This document shows, in pieces, positions 28,905 through 38,872 of a stretch of DNA of 64,000 bases. The stretch's first letter is position 1. Each line of letters begins with the position of its first letter. The DNA is from Candidatus Babeliales bacterium (GTDB lineage: Bacteria > Babelota > Babeliae > Babelales > JACPOV01), in contig JAGVLQ010000026.1 in assembly GCA_020054235.1 (NCBI GenBank), forward strand, positions 505 through 64,504. The letters run 5' to 3'. Position numbers and translations under genes: made by a program. The notes below the pieces were generated by a model. That model was not told the origin of the DNA. It was given only the letters and a program-made list of their open reading frames with translations, and did not search any database.

Positions 28905-29843
28905 ATGATAAAAAAAAACTATCTAATTTTTTTCCTATTTTTCTCCAACATACAAGCAATTAGCTTAGTATATAACTTGAAACTACGAAGAACCTTTCCT
29001 GATTTGCATGACATTTTAAAGAAAAAAGATTCGCCCATATGGATTGCTACCAGCGTTCCGATTGCCTATACCAGAGATAGAACAATTAATAATACTTTTT
29101 TTGGCATTAATGCTCAAGAAAATCGTTGGCTCGTTGGATCACTTTTTAATATTCGTGTTTCACCGCGCAGATCATGGTGGCTTGAGCTTACAACGGGGCT
29201 TGAGCATGAAAAAGCGCGTTCCCGCGGAACGCCAAATTTTACGGTCTCACGCACAGGTCTTGATGATATTGTTCTTTCGGGTGGTTATAATTTGTTTTTT
29301 TCAAAAAAGTGGCAGGCTGTTGTGTTTGGGCTTGTCGGTGCGCCAACAACGAGAAAAATTTCGCCCTTTGAAGCACAAGATACCTTAGTTGGAACGCGTT
29401 TTTATGGTGCAGGAATTGGCTCTGAAATTTCTTATGCGTTTATGCAAAATTTAAAGCATGGATTACTGATGTTTCTGCAAAATCGTTTTTTACATTTTTT
29501 TGATCGAAAATTTCAACCAATTTTACCAGCAGATGCTAAAATTAAACCTGGCAATGTAACCGATATTTTATTAGCATTGCGTTATCGCTATTTAAAGAAT
29601 AATATTGAAGTTGGTTTTAACCCAACTTTTTTTACTAACCAAGCTTTAGTATTTCCAGCACATAGTATAGAATCTAAGGCCTTTGTTCGTCACAGTTTTT
29701 TTATGCGGCTTAATCATATTTCTCCAAAACTTCCATTTTTTGAAAAGCCAGGTCAGCTTGGCACAGGCTTTTTAATAAGCCGTGCAAAAAAATTTAATAC
29801 AAAAATTGCATCATGGTGGGTTAGTGGTAGTGTTGTCTTTTAA
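28905..29843 (+). CDS. Putative outer-membrane beta-barrel protein
   Basis: Signal peptide, alternating beta-strand pattern, C-terminal WVSGSVVF. Confidence 0.55.
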   Translation: MIKKNYLIFFLFFSNIQAISLVYNLKLRRTFPDLHDILKKKDSPIWIATSVPIAYTRDRTINNTFFGINAQENRWLVGSLFNIRVSPRRSWWLELTTGLEHEKARSRGTPNFTVSRTGLDDIVLSGGYNLFFSKKWQAVVFGLVGAPTTRKISPFEAQDTLVGTRFYGAGIGSEISYAFMQNLKHGLLMFLQNRFLHFFDRKFQPILPADAKIKPGNVTDILLALRYRYLKNNIEVGFNPTFFTNQALVFPAHSIESKAFVRHSFFMRLNHISPKLPFFEKPGQLGTGFLISRAKKFNTKIASWWVSGSVVF

Positions 29844-29863
29844 TTTTAAAAAAGGAGAAGGTT

Positions 29864-30487
29864 ATGTGTTTTTCTGCTTCTGCAAGCTTTAGTGCAGCGG
29901 GAATTCTTGCAATTATCGGAATGATTACCGTGCAAAAAGCAAAAGAACGTTATCGTATGTTTTCATGTATTCCTATGATTTTTGCCTTACAGCAAATCAC
30001 TGAGGGGCTTTTGTGGCTTTCTTTTGAAAATTCCATGCTTATGAAGTATGAATCATTTTTTACGTATAGTTTTCTTTTTTTTGCATTTATTCTCTGGCCC
30101 ATATGGGTTCCATTGTCAGTGTATAGAATTGAACCCAGAAGTAGTAAAAAATTGTGGCTAGGCCTTTGTAGTTTAAGTGGTATTTTTATTGCCTTTTCAT
30201 TATTTTCTTATTTATATACCTATGGAGCGAATGCCTCGGTTCTTGATCATCATATTATTTATACCATGTTTTATCCTGAAGTTTTAGTAATGCCTGGTAC
30301 GGCTCTGTATTTGATTGCAACCATTATTCCTTTTTTTATTTCAAGTATGCGCTGGGGTTGGTTGTTTGGTGTGACTCTTTTTCTTTCGTATCTAGTAACC
30401 ATTTATTTTTATTACCAAGCTTTTGTTTCGGTTTGGTGTTTTTTTGCAGCGCTTTTGAGTATTTTGGTTTTGCTTATTCTCCCATAA
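29864..30487 (+). CDS. DUF6629-like integral membrane protein
   Basis: MCFSASASF N-terminus, IP.IFALQQ..EG..W, C-terminal SVWCFFAA. Confidence 0.75.
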   Translation: MCFSASASFSAAGILAIIGMITVQKAKERYRMFSCIPMIFALQQITEGLLWLSFENSMLMKYESFFTYSFLFFAFILWPIWVPLSVYRIEPRSSKKLWLGLCSLSGIFIAFSLFSYLYTYGANASVLDHHIIYTMFYPEVLVMPGTALYLIATIIPFFISSMRWGWLFGVTLFLSYLVTIYFYYQAFVSVWCFFAALLSILVLLILP

Positions 30488-30603
30488 CATTGTGTTGTTT
30501 ATTTAAATTGAGTAGGGTGCATAGGTTATCTTTGCACTCTGCATTTTTTTTAAATATCAGTTTTTGTAATCATTTGTTACAATAGTAAGGTCTTAACTGT
30601 TCG

Positions 30604-31779
30604 ATGTTCTATTCGGATTGTATGCAAAAAATTAACAAAAATTTATTATCTATTTTACATCTAACTAATAATTATCGCCCCTATTGCTCTGGTGTTGCCA
30701 ATTCTCTTGATCAATTGCATAGGCAGCTTTTGGCAATTGGGCATAAATCGAATATTGTTACCTTAGATTTTTTGGGCAATAATGAAACGGAAAAAAATGT
30801 AATACGGTTATTTTCACCGATTCGCTTTACGTATAATAAAAATCCGATGGCAATTCCTTTATTGCCTTATCGCGAAGTAAAAAATATTATTCAACATTCT
30901 AAACCAGATTTAGTTCATGTGCATCATCCTTTTTTGCTTGGTAAGATTGGCTTAGATGTTGCTCAAAAATATCAGATTCCAGTTGTTTTTACTTACCATA
31001 CGCAGTATGAAAAATATGTGCACTATATTCCTTTGCCTGAAATGATTACGCAGCCGATTGTCCTTAAATTAGTGCATGATTTTTGCAATAAAGTTGATGG
31101 TATAATAGCACCAAGCCAAACAATAAAAGAGGCTATTGAAAAATATTCTGCAAAACCTATTCAAGTTATACCGAGTGGCATTGATCAGATTTTTTTTGGA
31201 AACGTATCAAAAAAAATTGGTAAAAAGCCGTTGCAATTGTTATCGGTAAGTCGTTTTGTAAAAGAAAAGAATATCGAATTTTTATTGCATGTTATGCAAA
31301 GTCTTTCGGTAGAAAGTTCCTTGACATTAGTTGGTTATGGTGCCCATGAAGAATTTTTACGCTTTTATGCCTTTCAAAAACTTGGCTTAAAGGAAACTCA
31401 AATTAAATTTTGTATTAAACCTACAAAAGATGAATTACAAGAGCAGTACAAGCAAGCAGATTTTTTTATTTTTGCTTCAACAACCGAAACGCAAGGATTA
31501 GTTTTAGCCGAAGCAATGGCATGTGGTACGCCCGTTATTGCCGTGGATGCCATAGGATCTCGTGATATTATTAAGAATGGCCATAATGGTTTTTTAGTAA
31601 CGCATGAAGAAGAAATGTGTAAAGCAATAGCTTACCTTAATGAGCATCACGATGAATATCAAAATTTTTCAAAAAACGCTTGGTATACAGCGCAAAACTA
31701 TAGAGCAGAAATTTTGGCAAAAAAAGTTACCGCTTTTTATGAAGCTATTATTGCTAATCGGAAGTCTGAATTAATTTAA
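30604..31779 (+). CDS. GT4 glycosyltransferase (alpha-monoglucosyl-diacylglycerol synthase-like)
   Basis: Y.P..SGVA, HVHHPF, FTYHTQYEKY.HY, STTETQGLVLAEAMACGTPVI. Confidence 0.88.
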   Translation: MFYSDCMQKINKNLLSILHLTNNYRPYCSGVANSLDQLHRQLLAIGHKSNIVTLDFLGNNETEKNVIRLFSPIRFTYNKNPMAIPLLPYREVKNIIQHSKPDLVHVHHPFLLGKIGLDVAQKYQIPVVFTYHTQYEKYVHYIPLPEMITQPIVLKLVHDFCNKVDGIIAPSQTIKEAIEKYSAKPIQVIPSGIDQIFFGNVSKKIGKKPLQLLSVSRFVKEKNIEFLLHVMQSLSVESSLTLVGYGAHEEFLRFYAFQKLGLKETQIKFCIKPTKDELQEQYKQADFFIFASTTETQGLVLAEAMACGTPVIAVDAIGSRDIIKNGHNGFLVTHEEEMCKAIAYLNEHHDEYQNFSKNAWYTAQNYRAEILAKKVTAFYEAIIANRKSELI

Positions 31780-32074
31780 AACGTGGCTCCAATTTGCCAT
31801 CAAATTCTATTGTTTCAAGGAACTTTGTAAGAGAGCGTGTAAAAATCGGATTTTTTCCAAGTTTAGGATCTTCGTAAAGCCCTTGGTAGACAACCCACTC
31901 TTCAAGCTCATTAGCTTCACTGTTCCAAACAACCATTAAAATTTTATAGCGCATTCCTTTATAATGTTGATAAAGGCTGTTTGGGATGATCTGTTTAGGA
32001 TTTTCTAATTGCATAGCACTGAGTCCTTTTTCTAGAGAAAGAAAAAAAATTAACGTTAAAATTAGTTTTTTCAT
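31754..32074 (-). CDS. DUF1653-domain protein with a signal peptide
   Basis: LYQHYKGMRY, EWVVYQGLY, F.R....F.E......PRF. Start placed at MKKLIL. Confidence 0.75.
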   Translation of the reverse strand: MKKLILTLIFFLSLEKGLSAMQLENPKQIIPNSLYQHYKGMRYKILMVVWNSEANELEEWVVYQGLYEDPKLGKNPIFTRSLTKFLETIEFDGKLEPRFKLIQTSD

Positions 32075-32218
32075 GATTATTTTTTTCTTTATCATAATAT
32101 TTTTAGATCAATTTTTTATATTTTAAAATAGATAATATTACGTTGCAAATTTGAGATGTATTGTTATCATGCAAATAACATGATTGTTAGTTTAAATAAA
32201 TCTAAAGAAAGGAGCATT

Positions 32219-32581
32219 ATGAAAAAAAGTTTTTTATTATTATTTCCCTTGATAGCTGGCGGTTTGTCTTTATATGCAAAGGAGCTATCATCTCCTTCAG
32301 AGAGCATTGAAATTATTATTCGTATAAACAGACCGTGCCCTGAAGATGATTGTAATCGTGAAGTATGGGACAAAATGGTTGAAGATGTATGTTCTGTCGC
32401 AAGTTCTTGCCAGGGATGTACGTCAAGAACTTTTGAACCCATGGTTGATGCACTTTCTAGCTGTATTAAAGCTGTCGGAAAAATTATGAATACTGATCCT
32501 GACGTTCGTGGAGAAATTAGCATTACTGTTAAAGATGACTTACAGCAAGGGTTTATGGGTCAAATACGTCGTGATAATTAA
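32219..32581 (+). CDS. Hypothetical exported Cys-containing protein
   Basis: AAGGAG RBS before ATG 32219 (MKKSFLLLFPLIAGG signal). Confidence 0.6.
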   Translation: MKKSFLLLFPLIAGGLSLYAKELSSPSESIEIIIRINRPCPEDDCNREVWDKMVEDVCSVASSCQGCTSRTFEPMVDALSSCIKAVGKIMNTDPDVRGEISITVKDDLQQGFMGQIRRDN

Positions 32582-32711
32582 TTAAAATTAAAAAATGGCT
32601 CGAGTTTTTCGGGCTGGTGCCATTTTTTCTTGCGCTGGTTTTTTAAAAAAAGAGCTTCTAGCTAGCACATAGCAGGTGTTCAAACCTTTGAAAACATGCT
32701 ACAATAGAAGC

Positions 32712-34667
32712 ATGAAAACCTTTACTTTAAAAGCACCGTTTCCGCCTTCTGGGAGCCAACCTGAAGCAATAAAAAAGCTTACTGCAGGTAGGCCAGGCAA
32801 ATCGACTCTGATCGGGGTGACCGGGTCAGGAAAAACCTACACCATGGCAAACGTTATTGCCAACCAGAATAAACCGGTTTTGGTGCTTTCTCCTAACAAA
32901 ACATTAGCGGCGCAGCTTTATGAAGAGTTCACCTTATTTTTTCCTGAAAATAAGGTGTGTTACTTTGTTAGCTATTATGATTATTACCAACCGGAATCTT
33001 ATTTGCCGGCGCAGGATATTTATATTGCTAAGGAAACCAAGGTTAATAGTGAAATTGAGCGTCTGCGCATTGAAGCTACCGCTTCTTTGATTAATCGCAA
33101 CGACACCATTATTATTTCTTCAGTTTCCAGTATTTATTCGTTGGGTAACCCGCATGATTATCGTGCCTTGAGTTTGCATCTTAAAAAGGGACAATTTTTC
33201 AAGCGCTCTGATCTGATTCGTCAACTGTTGTTTATTCAATATGAGCGCAATGATGTACAAAAATTGCCAGGAACCTTTCAAGTCCTTGGGAATACGATTG
33301 AAGTCAATTTGCCGTATCAAAAAGAAAAATTGCGTATTGAGCTCTTTGGCGAAACTATCGACGGTCTGTATTGGGTTGATAAAATGAACAACTCAGTTCT
33401 GATGGAGCTTGATAACACTATTGTATTTCCAGCAAAACATTTTGTCACCACCCAAGAAAAAAAAGATGCTGCAATTGCCAGCATTCAAGAAGAACTTGAT
33501 GCTTGGTTGCCACAGATGCCAAATCCATTGTATCAAGAGCGAATCAAACAGCGTGTTTCGCATGATCTTGAAATGCTCCAAGAAATGGGCTATTGCTCAG
33601 GTATTGAAAATTATTCAACGCACTTTGATGGGAGAAAATCGGGTGAAGCGCCATTCTGTTTATTTGATTTCTTTCCTAAAGATTTTTTACTTATTATTGA
33701 TGAATCTCATATTACGGTGCCGCAATTGCGCGGCATGTATCATGGTGATCGTTCACGCAAGCAAGCATTGATTGATTATGGTTTTCGTTTACCTTCAGCG
33801 CGTGATAATCGTCCTTTAAAATTTGAAGAAATTGAAAACTATTTCAATGATGTGGTATTTGTTTCTGCAACGCCGGGTGATTATGAATTACAACAATCCA
33901 AACAAATAGTCGAGCAGCTTATTCGACCTACTGGTCTTGTTGATCCAATAGTTGAAGTCAAGCCGCGTGAAAATCAGATGCAGCATTTGATTGAACAAAT
34001 TAAAGAAACGAAGAAAAAAGGATATCGTTCCTTGATCATGGTGATGACCAAAAAGTTGGCAGAGCAACTTGCTACGTATTTGGAAGAGCAGCAAATAAAA
34101 GTCTGTTATTTGCACAGTGAACTGAAAACACCAAAGCGTACGGAACTGTTGCAAAAGTTGCGCCTCGGTATTTTTGATTGCCTTGTTGGCGTGAACTTGT
34201 TGCGTGAAGGTATTGATTTGCCAGAAGTTGCGCTCGTAGCAATTATGGATGCAGATGTTGAGAGCTTTTTGCGGGACTACCGCTCACTTATTCAGATTAT
34301 GGGTCGCGCAGCACGTAATACCGAATCAAAAGTGTTATTGTATGCTGACAAAATTACCAAATCAATGCGTGCAGCTATTGATGAAACAAAACGCCGCCGT
34401 GCAATGCAAGAAAAATATAATGCTGAGCATAATATTACGCCTGCAACCGTTAAGCGTGAAGTTGGTAAAACAATTACCAATTTACAAGCAGCGATTGCAC
34501 AGGCATCTGCGCGTAAACGAAAAAATGTGCAGCAGTTGGCAGCTAAAGAACTACAATCAGAAATTCTGCGCATTGAAGCCGAAATGCATGAAGCAGCAGA
34601 AATGCTTGATTTTGAAAAAGCTATTGCGTTACGTGAACAGTGGCATGAAATGAAAAAGCAACTTTAG
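32712..34667 (+). CDS. uvrB: Excinuclease ABC subunit B
   Basis: GVTGSGKT, YFVSYYDYYQPE, DESH, VSATPG, QIMGRAAR, C-terminal UVR motif LDFEKAIALR. Confidence 0.97.
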   Translation: MKTFTLKAPFPPSGSQPEAIKKLTAGRPGKSTLIGVTGSGKTYTMANVIANQNKPVLVLSPNKTLAAQLYEEFTLFFPENKVCYFVSYYDYYQPESYLPAQDIYIAKETKVNSEIERLRIEATASLINRNDTIIISSVSSIYSLGNPHDYRALSLHLKKGQFFKRSDLIRQLLFIQYERNDVQKLPGTFQVLGNTIEVNLPYQKEKLRIELFGETIDGLYWVDKMNNSVLMELDNTIVFPAKHFVTTQEKKDAAIASIQEELDAWLPQMPNPLYQERIKQRVSHDLEMLQEMGYCSGIENYSTHFDGRKSGEAPFCLFDFFPKDFLLIIDESHITVPQLRGMYHGDRSRKQALIDYGFRLPSARDNRPLKFEEIENYFNDVVFVSATPGDYELQQSKQIVEQLIRPTGLVDPIVEVKPRENQMQHLIEQIKETKKKGYRSLIMVMTKKLAEQLATYLEEQQIKVCYLHSELKTPKRTELLQKLRLGIFDCLVGVNLLREGIDLPEVALVAIMDADVESFLRDYRSLIQIMGRAARNTESKVLLYADKITKSMRAAIDETKRRRAMQEKYNAEHNITPATVKREVGKTITNLQAAIAQASARKRKNVQQLAAKELQSEILRIEAEMHEAAEMLDFEKAIALREQWHEMKKQL

Positions 34668-34765
34668 CTTTTCCATTGTTGAGAAAAGGACTTAGAATTG
34701 AAAAAGTAGGTAAATAGATTAAGGTTGAAAGGTGAAAAGAAAAAATAATCTTAAAAGAGGGTTTT

Positions 34766-36853
34766 ATGAATTCAAAATTTATTTTACTTATTCTAGGTAT
34801 TATTGGGCTTACCTTAATTGGAGGTGGGTGCTTCGGGTATATTCGTCAAAAAGGTTTTTCTATGAATTATGATGAGATTAATACTGCACAAGAAGTGATT
34901 GATTTATTTCCAAAAAATTCTGCGCATGTTGATGCTTTAGTTGATCATGCAAAAAAAGAAGCAACTAAAAGTATAAAAGCAATTATTGCTGTACCAGACA
35001 ATCAGCGCACCTTTGCAAATACTATTGATGCACTTGATATGGCAGGTGGCTATTATTTTTCTATTTCTGATGCTATCGTTTCTGTTTTGCACAATGTAAG
35101 TCCTGATGATGCATTGCGAAACGCTTCAAATCAAGCGGTTGTAGAATTAAGTAAATTTGCCATCGAGAATTTTGGCCAAAACATTGCACTCTACAATGCG
35201 GTGAAAGCATATGCTAATGGTAATGCTCTCAAAGAAAAGCTTACATCAGAGCAACAATATTTTCTTAAAGAAACAATGGAAGATTACAAGCGTGCTGGTT
35301 TAGAGTTGCCTGAAGAGCAACGTAATAAAGTAAAAGAGTTGCAAAATAAGTTGTCTGAACTTAGTGTTAAATTTTCAAATAATATCAATGAAGATAAAAG
35401 TTCTGTTACGGTAACGCTTGAAGAACTTGATGGTCTTGAAGAAGATTTTATCAAAGGACTTAAAAAGACTGACGATGGCAACTATATTCTTACCACCGAT
35501 TATCCTACGTATGTTCCGGTTATTGAGTATGGCAAAGTGCCGGCTACCAGAAAAAGAATGTACCACGCTTTTCAGAATCGTGCGTATCCTGCAAATAAAG
35601 AAGTTTTTGCTGACATTATTGCAAACCGTGATGAACTTGCAAAAACATTAGGCTTTGAGAGTTTTGCCGCACTCAATATTGATTCTGAAATGGCAAAAAA
35701 GCCTGAAATTGCTCAAGCTTTTATTGAAAATTTAATTGCCAAGGCTCAAGAAAAAGCACAAAAAGAGTTTCAAGAATTGCTGACCGATTTGCCTGAATCC
35801 GTAAAACTTGAGAACAATAAATTAAATCCGTGGGACGGTGCTTTTGCCAAAGAAGCCTTCAAAAAGAAACATTATGACATTGATGATCGTGAAATTAAAC
35901 AATATTTCCCAACGGAAAAAACGGTACAAGGGTTATTGAAAATTTATGAAAAGTTTTTCAACATAACCCTCAAAAAAGTGCAAGTTTCAGGACTTTGGGA
36001 TAACGAAGCAGAAATGATTGAAGCTTATAAGGGCGATACGCTCCTTGGTTATCTGATTATTGACCTCTATCCGCGCCCGAACAAATATAGCCATGCCTGC
36101 ATGATGCAAGTAGCACCGGCATTAAAAACAAAAGAAGGAATCAAGCCGGCCGTTATTGTTGTTCTTGCCAATTTCCCTAAATCAACGCCAGAAAAACCTT
36201 CATTATTAGAGCTTTCAAACGTACGGACTTTTTTCCATGAGTTTGGTCACGCAATCCATGGTATTTTAGGCGCTACTTCATTAGCTTCAACTTCAGGCAC
36301 GCGCGTAAAAACCGATTTTGTTGAAATGCCGTCTCAAATGCTTGAAGAATGGTTATGGGATGCGGGAATTTTGAAAATGCTCAGCAGCCATTACAAAACC
36401 GGTGAGCAGTTGCCTGATGAACTGATAAAAAAAATTATCGCAGCTAAAAACTTTTCTACCGGTGCATGGGTCTTGAATCAATCCTTGTATTCCTTAATGT
36501 CACTTAATTATTATACATCGGGCAAAAATAAAGATGTTTTGGGTATCATGTTTAAATTGCAAGAACAGATTTTACCAAACATTAATATTTATAAAGAAAG
36601 CCGCATGCCGTATTCTTTTGGTCATTTGACCGACTATGGCGCAAAATATTACGGTTATCTTTGGTCTAAAGTGTTTGCGCTTGATCTGTTTGACCATATC
36701 AAAAAGTTTGGGCTTTTAAACCCTGAAATTGGTGAAGTTTACGGGCAAAAAGTAATTGGCAAGGGCGGCTCTCAAGATCCGAATGAATTGCTTGAAGATT
36801 TCTTGGGCCGCAAACCGAATGACGAGGCATTTTTCAAGGATATGGGATTATAA
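34766..36853 (+). CDS. M3A zinc oligopeptidase (thimet oligopeptidase/neurolysin-like) with an N-terminal membrane anchor
   Basis: DLYPRPNKYSHA, FFHEFGH (HExxH), DFVEMPSQMLEEW, FGHL..Y.A.YYGYLWS. Confidence 0.92.
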   Translation: MNSKFILLILGIIGLTLIGGGCFGYIRQKGFSMNYDEINTAQEVIDLFPKNSAHVDALVDHAKKEATKSIKAIIAVPDNQRTFANTIDALDMAGGYYFSISDAIVSVLHNVSPDDALRNASNQAVVELSKFAIENFGQNIALYNAVKAYANGNALKEKLTSEQQYFLKETMEDYKRAGLELPEEQRNKVKELQNKLSELSVKFSNNINEDKSSVTVTLEELDGLEEDFIKGLKKTDDGNYILTTDYPTYVPVIEYGKVPATRKRMYHAFQNRAYPANKEVFADIIANRDELAKTLGFESFAALNIDSEMAKKPEIAQAFIENLIAKAQEKAQKEFQELLTDLPESVKLENNKLNPWDGAFAKEAFKKKHYDIDDREIKQYFPTEKTVQGLLKIYEKFFNITLKKVQVSGLWDNEAEMIEAYKGDTLLGYLIIDLYPRPNKYSHACMMQVAPALKTKEGIKPAVIVVLANFPKSTPEKPSLLELSNVRTFFHEFGHAIHGILGATSLASTSGTRVKTDFVEMPSQMLEEWLWDAGILKMLSSHYKTGEQLPDELIKKIIAAKNFSTGAWVLNQSLYSLMSLNYYTSGKNKDVLGIMFKLQEQILPNINIYKESRMPYSFGHLTDYGAKYYGYLWSKVFALDLFDHIKKFGLLNPEIGEVYGQKVIGKGGSQDPNELLEDFLGRKPNDEAFFKDMGL

Positions 36854-36859
36854 AATAGT

Positions 36860-36892
36860 AAAGGGCGCCTGGTGTCGGAGCCGGCGCCCTTT
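36860..36892. terminator. Hairpin between convergent genes, probable terminator
   Basis: AAAGGGCGCC...GGCGCCCTTT stem. Confidence 0.65.
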
Positions 36893-36918
36893 GTGAGAGT
36901 GACCAGAATTTATCGGGT

Positions 36919-37620
36919 TTATTGTTCCTGCTGTAATTCTAATGCTTTCATTTTTAATGTAGCTTCTTCTTCTTGAGTAACTTGAGCTGTAGGCTTAATG
37001 AAGATATAGCACCATTCGCCAGAACCTGGTTTTCCTGTATAGTTTGGATTTTTATATTTTACAATCCATTTTAGTTGGCTTATATTTGTGCCACCAGCAC
37101 ACATTACGCCTAATGCCTTATTATTTTCTACAAATTTTTGAAAATGTTGATGCATATTGACCATATGCTGTTTTTGACCACTCGGTGTTAAACGTATTGG
37201 TTCTCCAGTAGAGCGTTCATGCATATAACCAAAAGCATGTGCTTCGGATGATATTCCTGGATGGTGATATTCTACAATAGAAGGAGCGCCAGATATTGGT
37301 TGATTAGAGTGACCAATATTAGGATTTTGTTTAAGAATTGTATCTATGGCCTTTTTTAAATGTTCCATAATGATCGGTTGTTTTTTCATGTTATATTCAA
37401 AAGCTTTTTGACCTTCAGTTACTACCATATGTTTTTCTTCTAAGGTAGCTATAGGTTCTTCAGCTGCTTTAGTTACAACAGCTGTAGCAGGTTGTTTTTG
37501 GATTGTCATCATCTTTTGTTGTGTGACTACTGTCCCCGTATTATTATTGTTGCGCATTCCGGCTTCAACGTTGGCACCGAATGCTAGAACAAGTAAACTG
37601 AGGATTAATTTATTATTCAT
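36919..37620 (-). CDS. Hypothetical exported protein
   Basis: MNNKLILSLLVLAFGANVEA signal peptide and AAGGA RBS. Confidence 0.65.
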   Translation of the reverse strand: MNNKLILSLLVLAFGANVEAGMRNNNNTGTVVTQQKMMTIQKQPATAVVTKAAEEPIATLEEKHMVVTEGQKAFEYNMKKQPIIMEHLKKAIDTILKQNPNIGHSNQPISGAPSIVEYHHPGISSEAHAFGYMHERSTGEPIRLTPSGQKQHMVNMHQHFQKFVENNKALGVMCAGGTNISQLKWIVKYKNPNYTGKPGSGEWCYIFIKPTAQVTQEEEATLKMKALELQQEQ

Positions 37621-37649
37621 AGGAAATTCCTTTTTTAATTAATTATTAA

Positions 37650-38084
37650 TTATTGTTTTTCTTCTATTTGATCATAACTAAGATCAAAACAAATCATATT
37701 GTCTTGGTAAGTAGGTTTACCAGATGTTAATGGCCCCCAACCTTTATCTTGTAAGCCACCAGGAAGGAATCTTTTTCTCTCAAGGCAAAGAGTGAATTTA
37801 ACTTGATTATTTTCATCAGTACCTTGTTTGATTTCCCACCCATCACCACTCATTTTTTTGGTGATATCGAATTTCAACATTTTCCCTGAACGATCCTTTT
37901 TTATATTGGTTGCTTTTTCTATCCAGCTTAAGCCAGGTTGTTCAAGTATTCCCCCTTTAGCTTCTATTTTTTCATTACCAGTTTGTAAAGCATTTGGGGT
38001 ATAATAGGTCCCTTGATATTGTGCAGCCTCGAGCTGCCCGAAAAGCAATGCTCCCGCGAGCACGGTAAGTAATATACGCTTCAT
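37650..38084 (-). CDS. Hypothetical exported protein
   Basis: AAGGAG RBS before MKRILLTVLAGALLFGQLEA. Confidence 0.65.
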   Translation of the reverse strand: MKRILLTVLAGALLFGQLEAAQYQGTYYTPNALQTGNEKIEAKGGILEQPGLSWIEKATNIKKDRSGKMLKFDITKKMSGDGWEIKQGTDENNQVKFTLCLERKRFLPGGLQDKGWGPLTSGKPTYQDNMICFDLSYDQIEEKQ

Positions 38085-38284
38085 TACACTCTCCTTTTTT
38101 AGAGATTTAACTATATTCCATTTAGGCACTATGCCTTTTTTATACTTCCTAATTAAATATTACAATTTGTAATTATTATAAATCAATAGTTTATTAAAAT
38201 TTTCTCTAGATATTTTTTCCTGGGCGCGTTAGAATGGCAAAAAATGCGTAAAATACAAGAATTTTTTTAAAAAAAAAGAAAAGT

Positions 38285-38872
38285 ATGTTGATCAGACATG
38301 AAGGCATTGTGTTAAAAAATTATCAACCAAAAAAAGAAAAAGTTGCCGTACTTGATGTGCATGCTGGCAAAATAGAATGTTTTATGCCTGCGCAACCAAA
38401 AGAAGTGCATGTCGGTAGCTTGTTGCATTATTTTCCAACAAAAGTTGGCGCTTTATATGCATTACAAAATGTTGAAGTTATTCACGTTCCTTTAGCGTTA
38501 GCGCGGCATGATTTATATTTTTTTCATACAATTTTAGAGCTTTGTTATTATTTTTTGCCACTTGATGCGCCAACGGATTCACTTTTTTCTTTGATCTATT
38601 TTTTGTTATATAACTATGAAAATGTGCGGACGGCAGAGCAAAAAAAAATCTTTTTGTTGCGGTTTTTTGTGCAGGTAGGAATGTATCCGGAACAAGAATA
38701 TGGGCTTGATGAATGTATGCATTATTTGCTTTCCGGACCCGTTGAGGTTATCTTTAAAATGAATGTGCGTATTCCGGAACAAGAGCTTGAGCGATGGTTA
38801 GAATCGTGTATTGAAACGCATCCGCAAAAAGCCAAATTTAAAACTATGGTCTTAGGGTGTGATAATGTTTAA
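38285..38872 (+). CDS. recO: Divergent RecO-like DNA repair protein
   Basis: N-terminal EGIVLK...V.VLD...GKI OB-fold pattern, then a helical LEL...LP...LF..L and LLRF...G..P domain. Confidence 0.55.
   Translation: MLIRHEGIVLKNYQPKKEKVAVLDVHAGKIECFMPAQPKEVHVGSLLHYFPTKVGALYALQNVEVIHVPLALARHDLYFFHTILELCYYFLPLDAPTDSLFSLIYFLLYNYENVRTAEQKKIFLLRFFVQVGMYPEQEYGLDECMHYLLSGPVEVIFKMNVRIPEQELERWLESCIETHPQKAKFKTMVLGCDNV

Noticed and set aside
33120-34653. Several alternative-frame ORFs inside uvrB (likewise inside leuS, priA, recD2 and atpA)
   Set aside because: Shadow ORFs overlapping well-conserved genes, with no motifs of their own.
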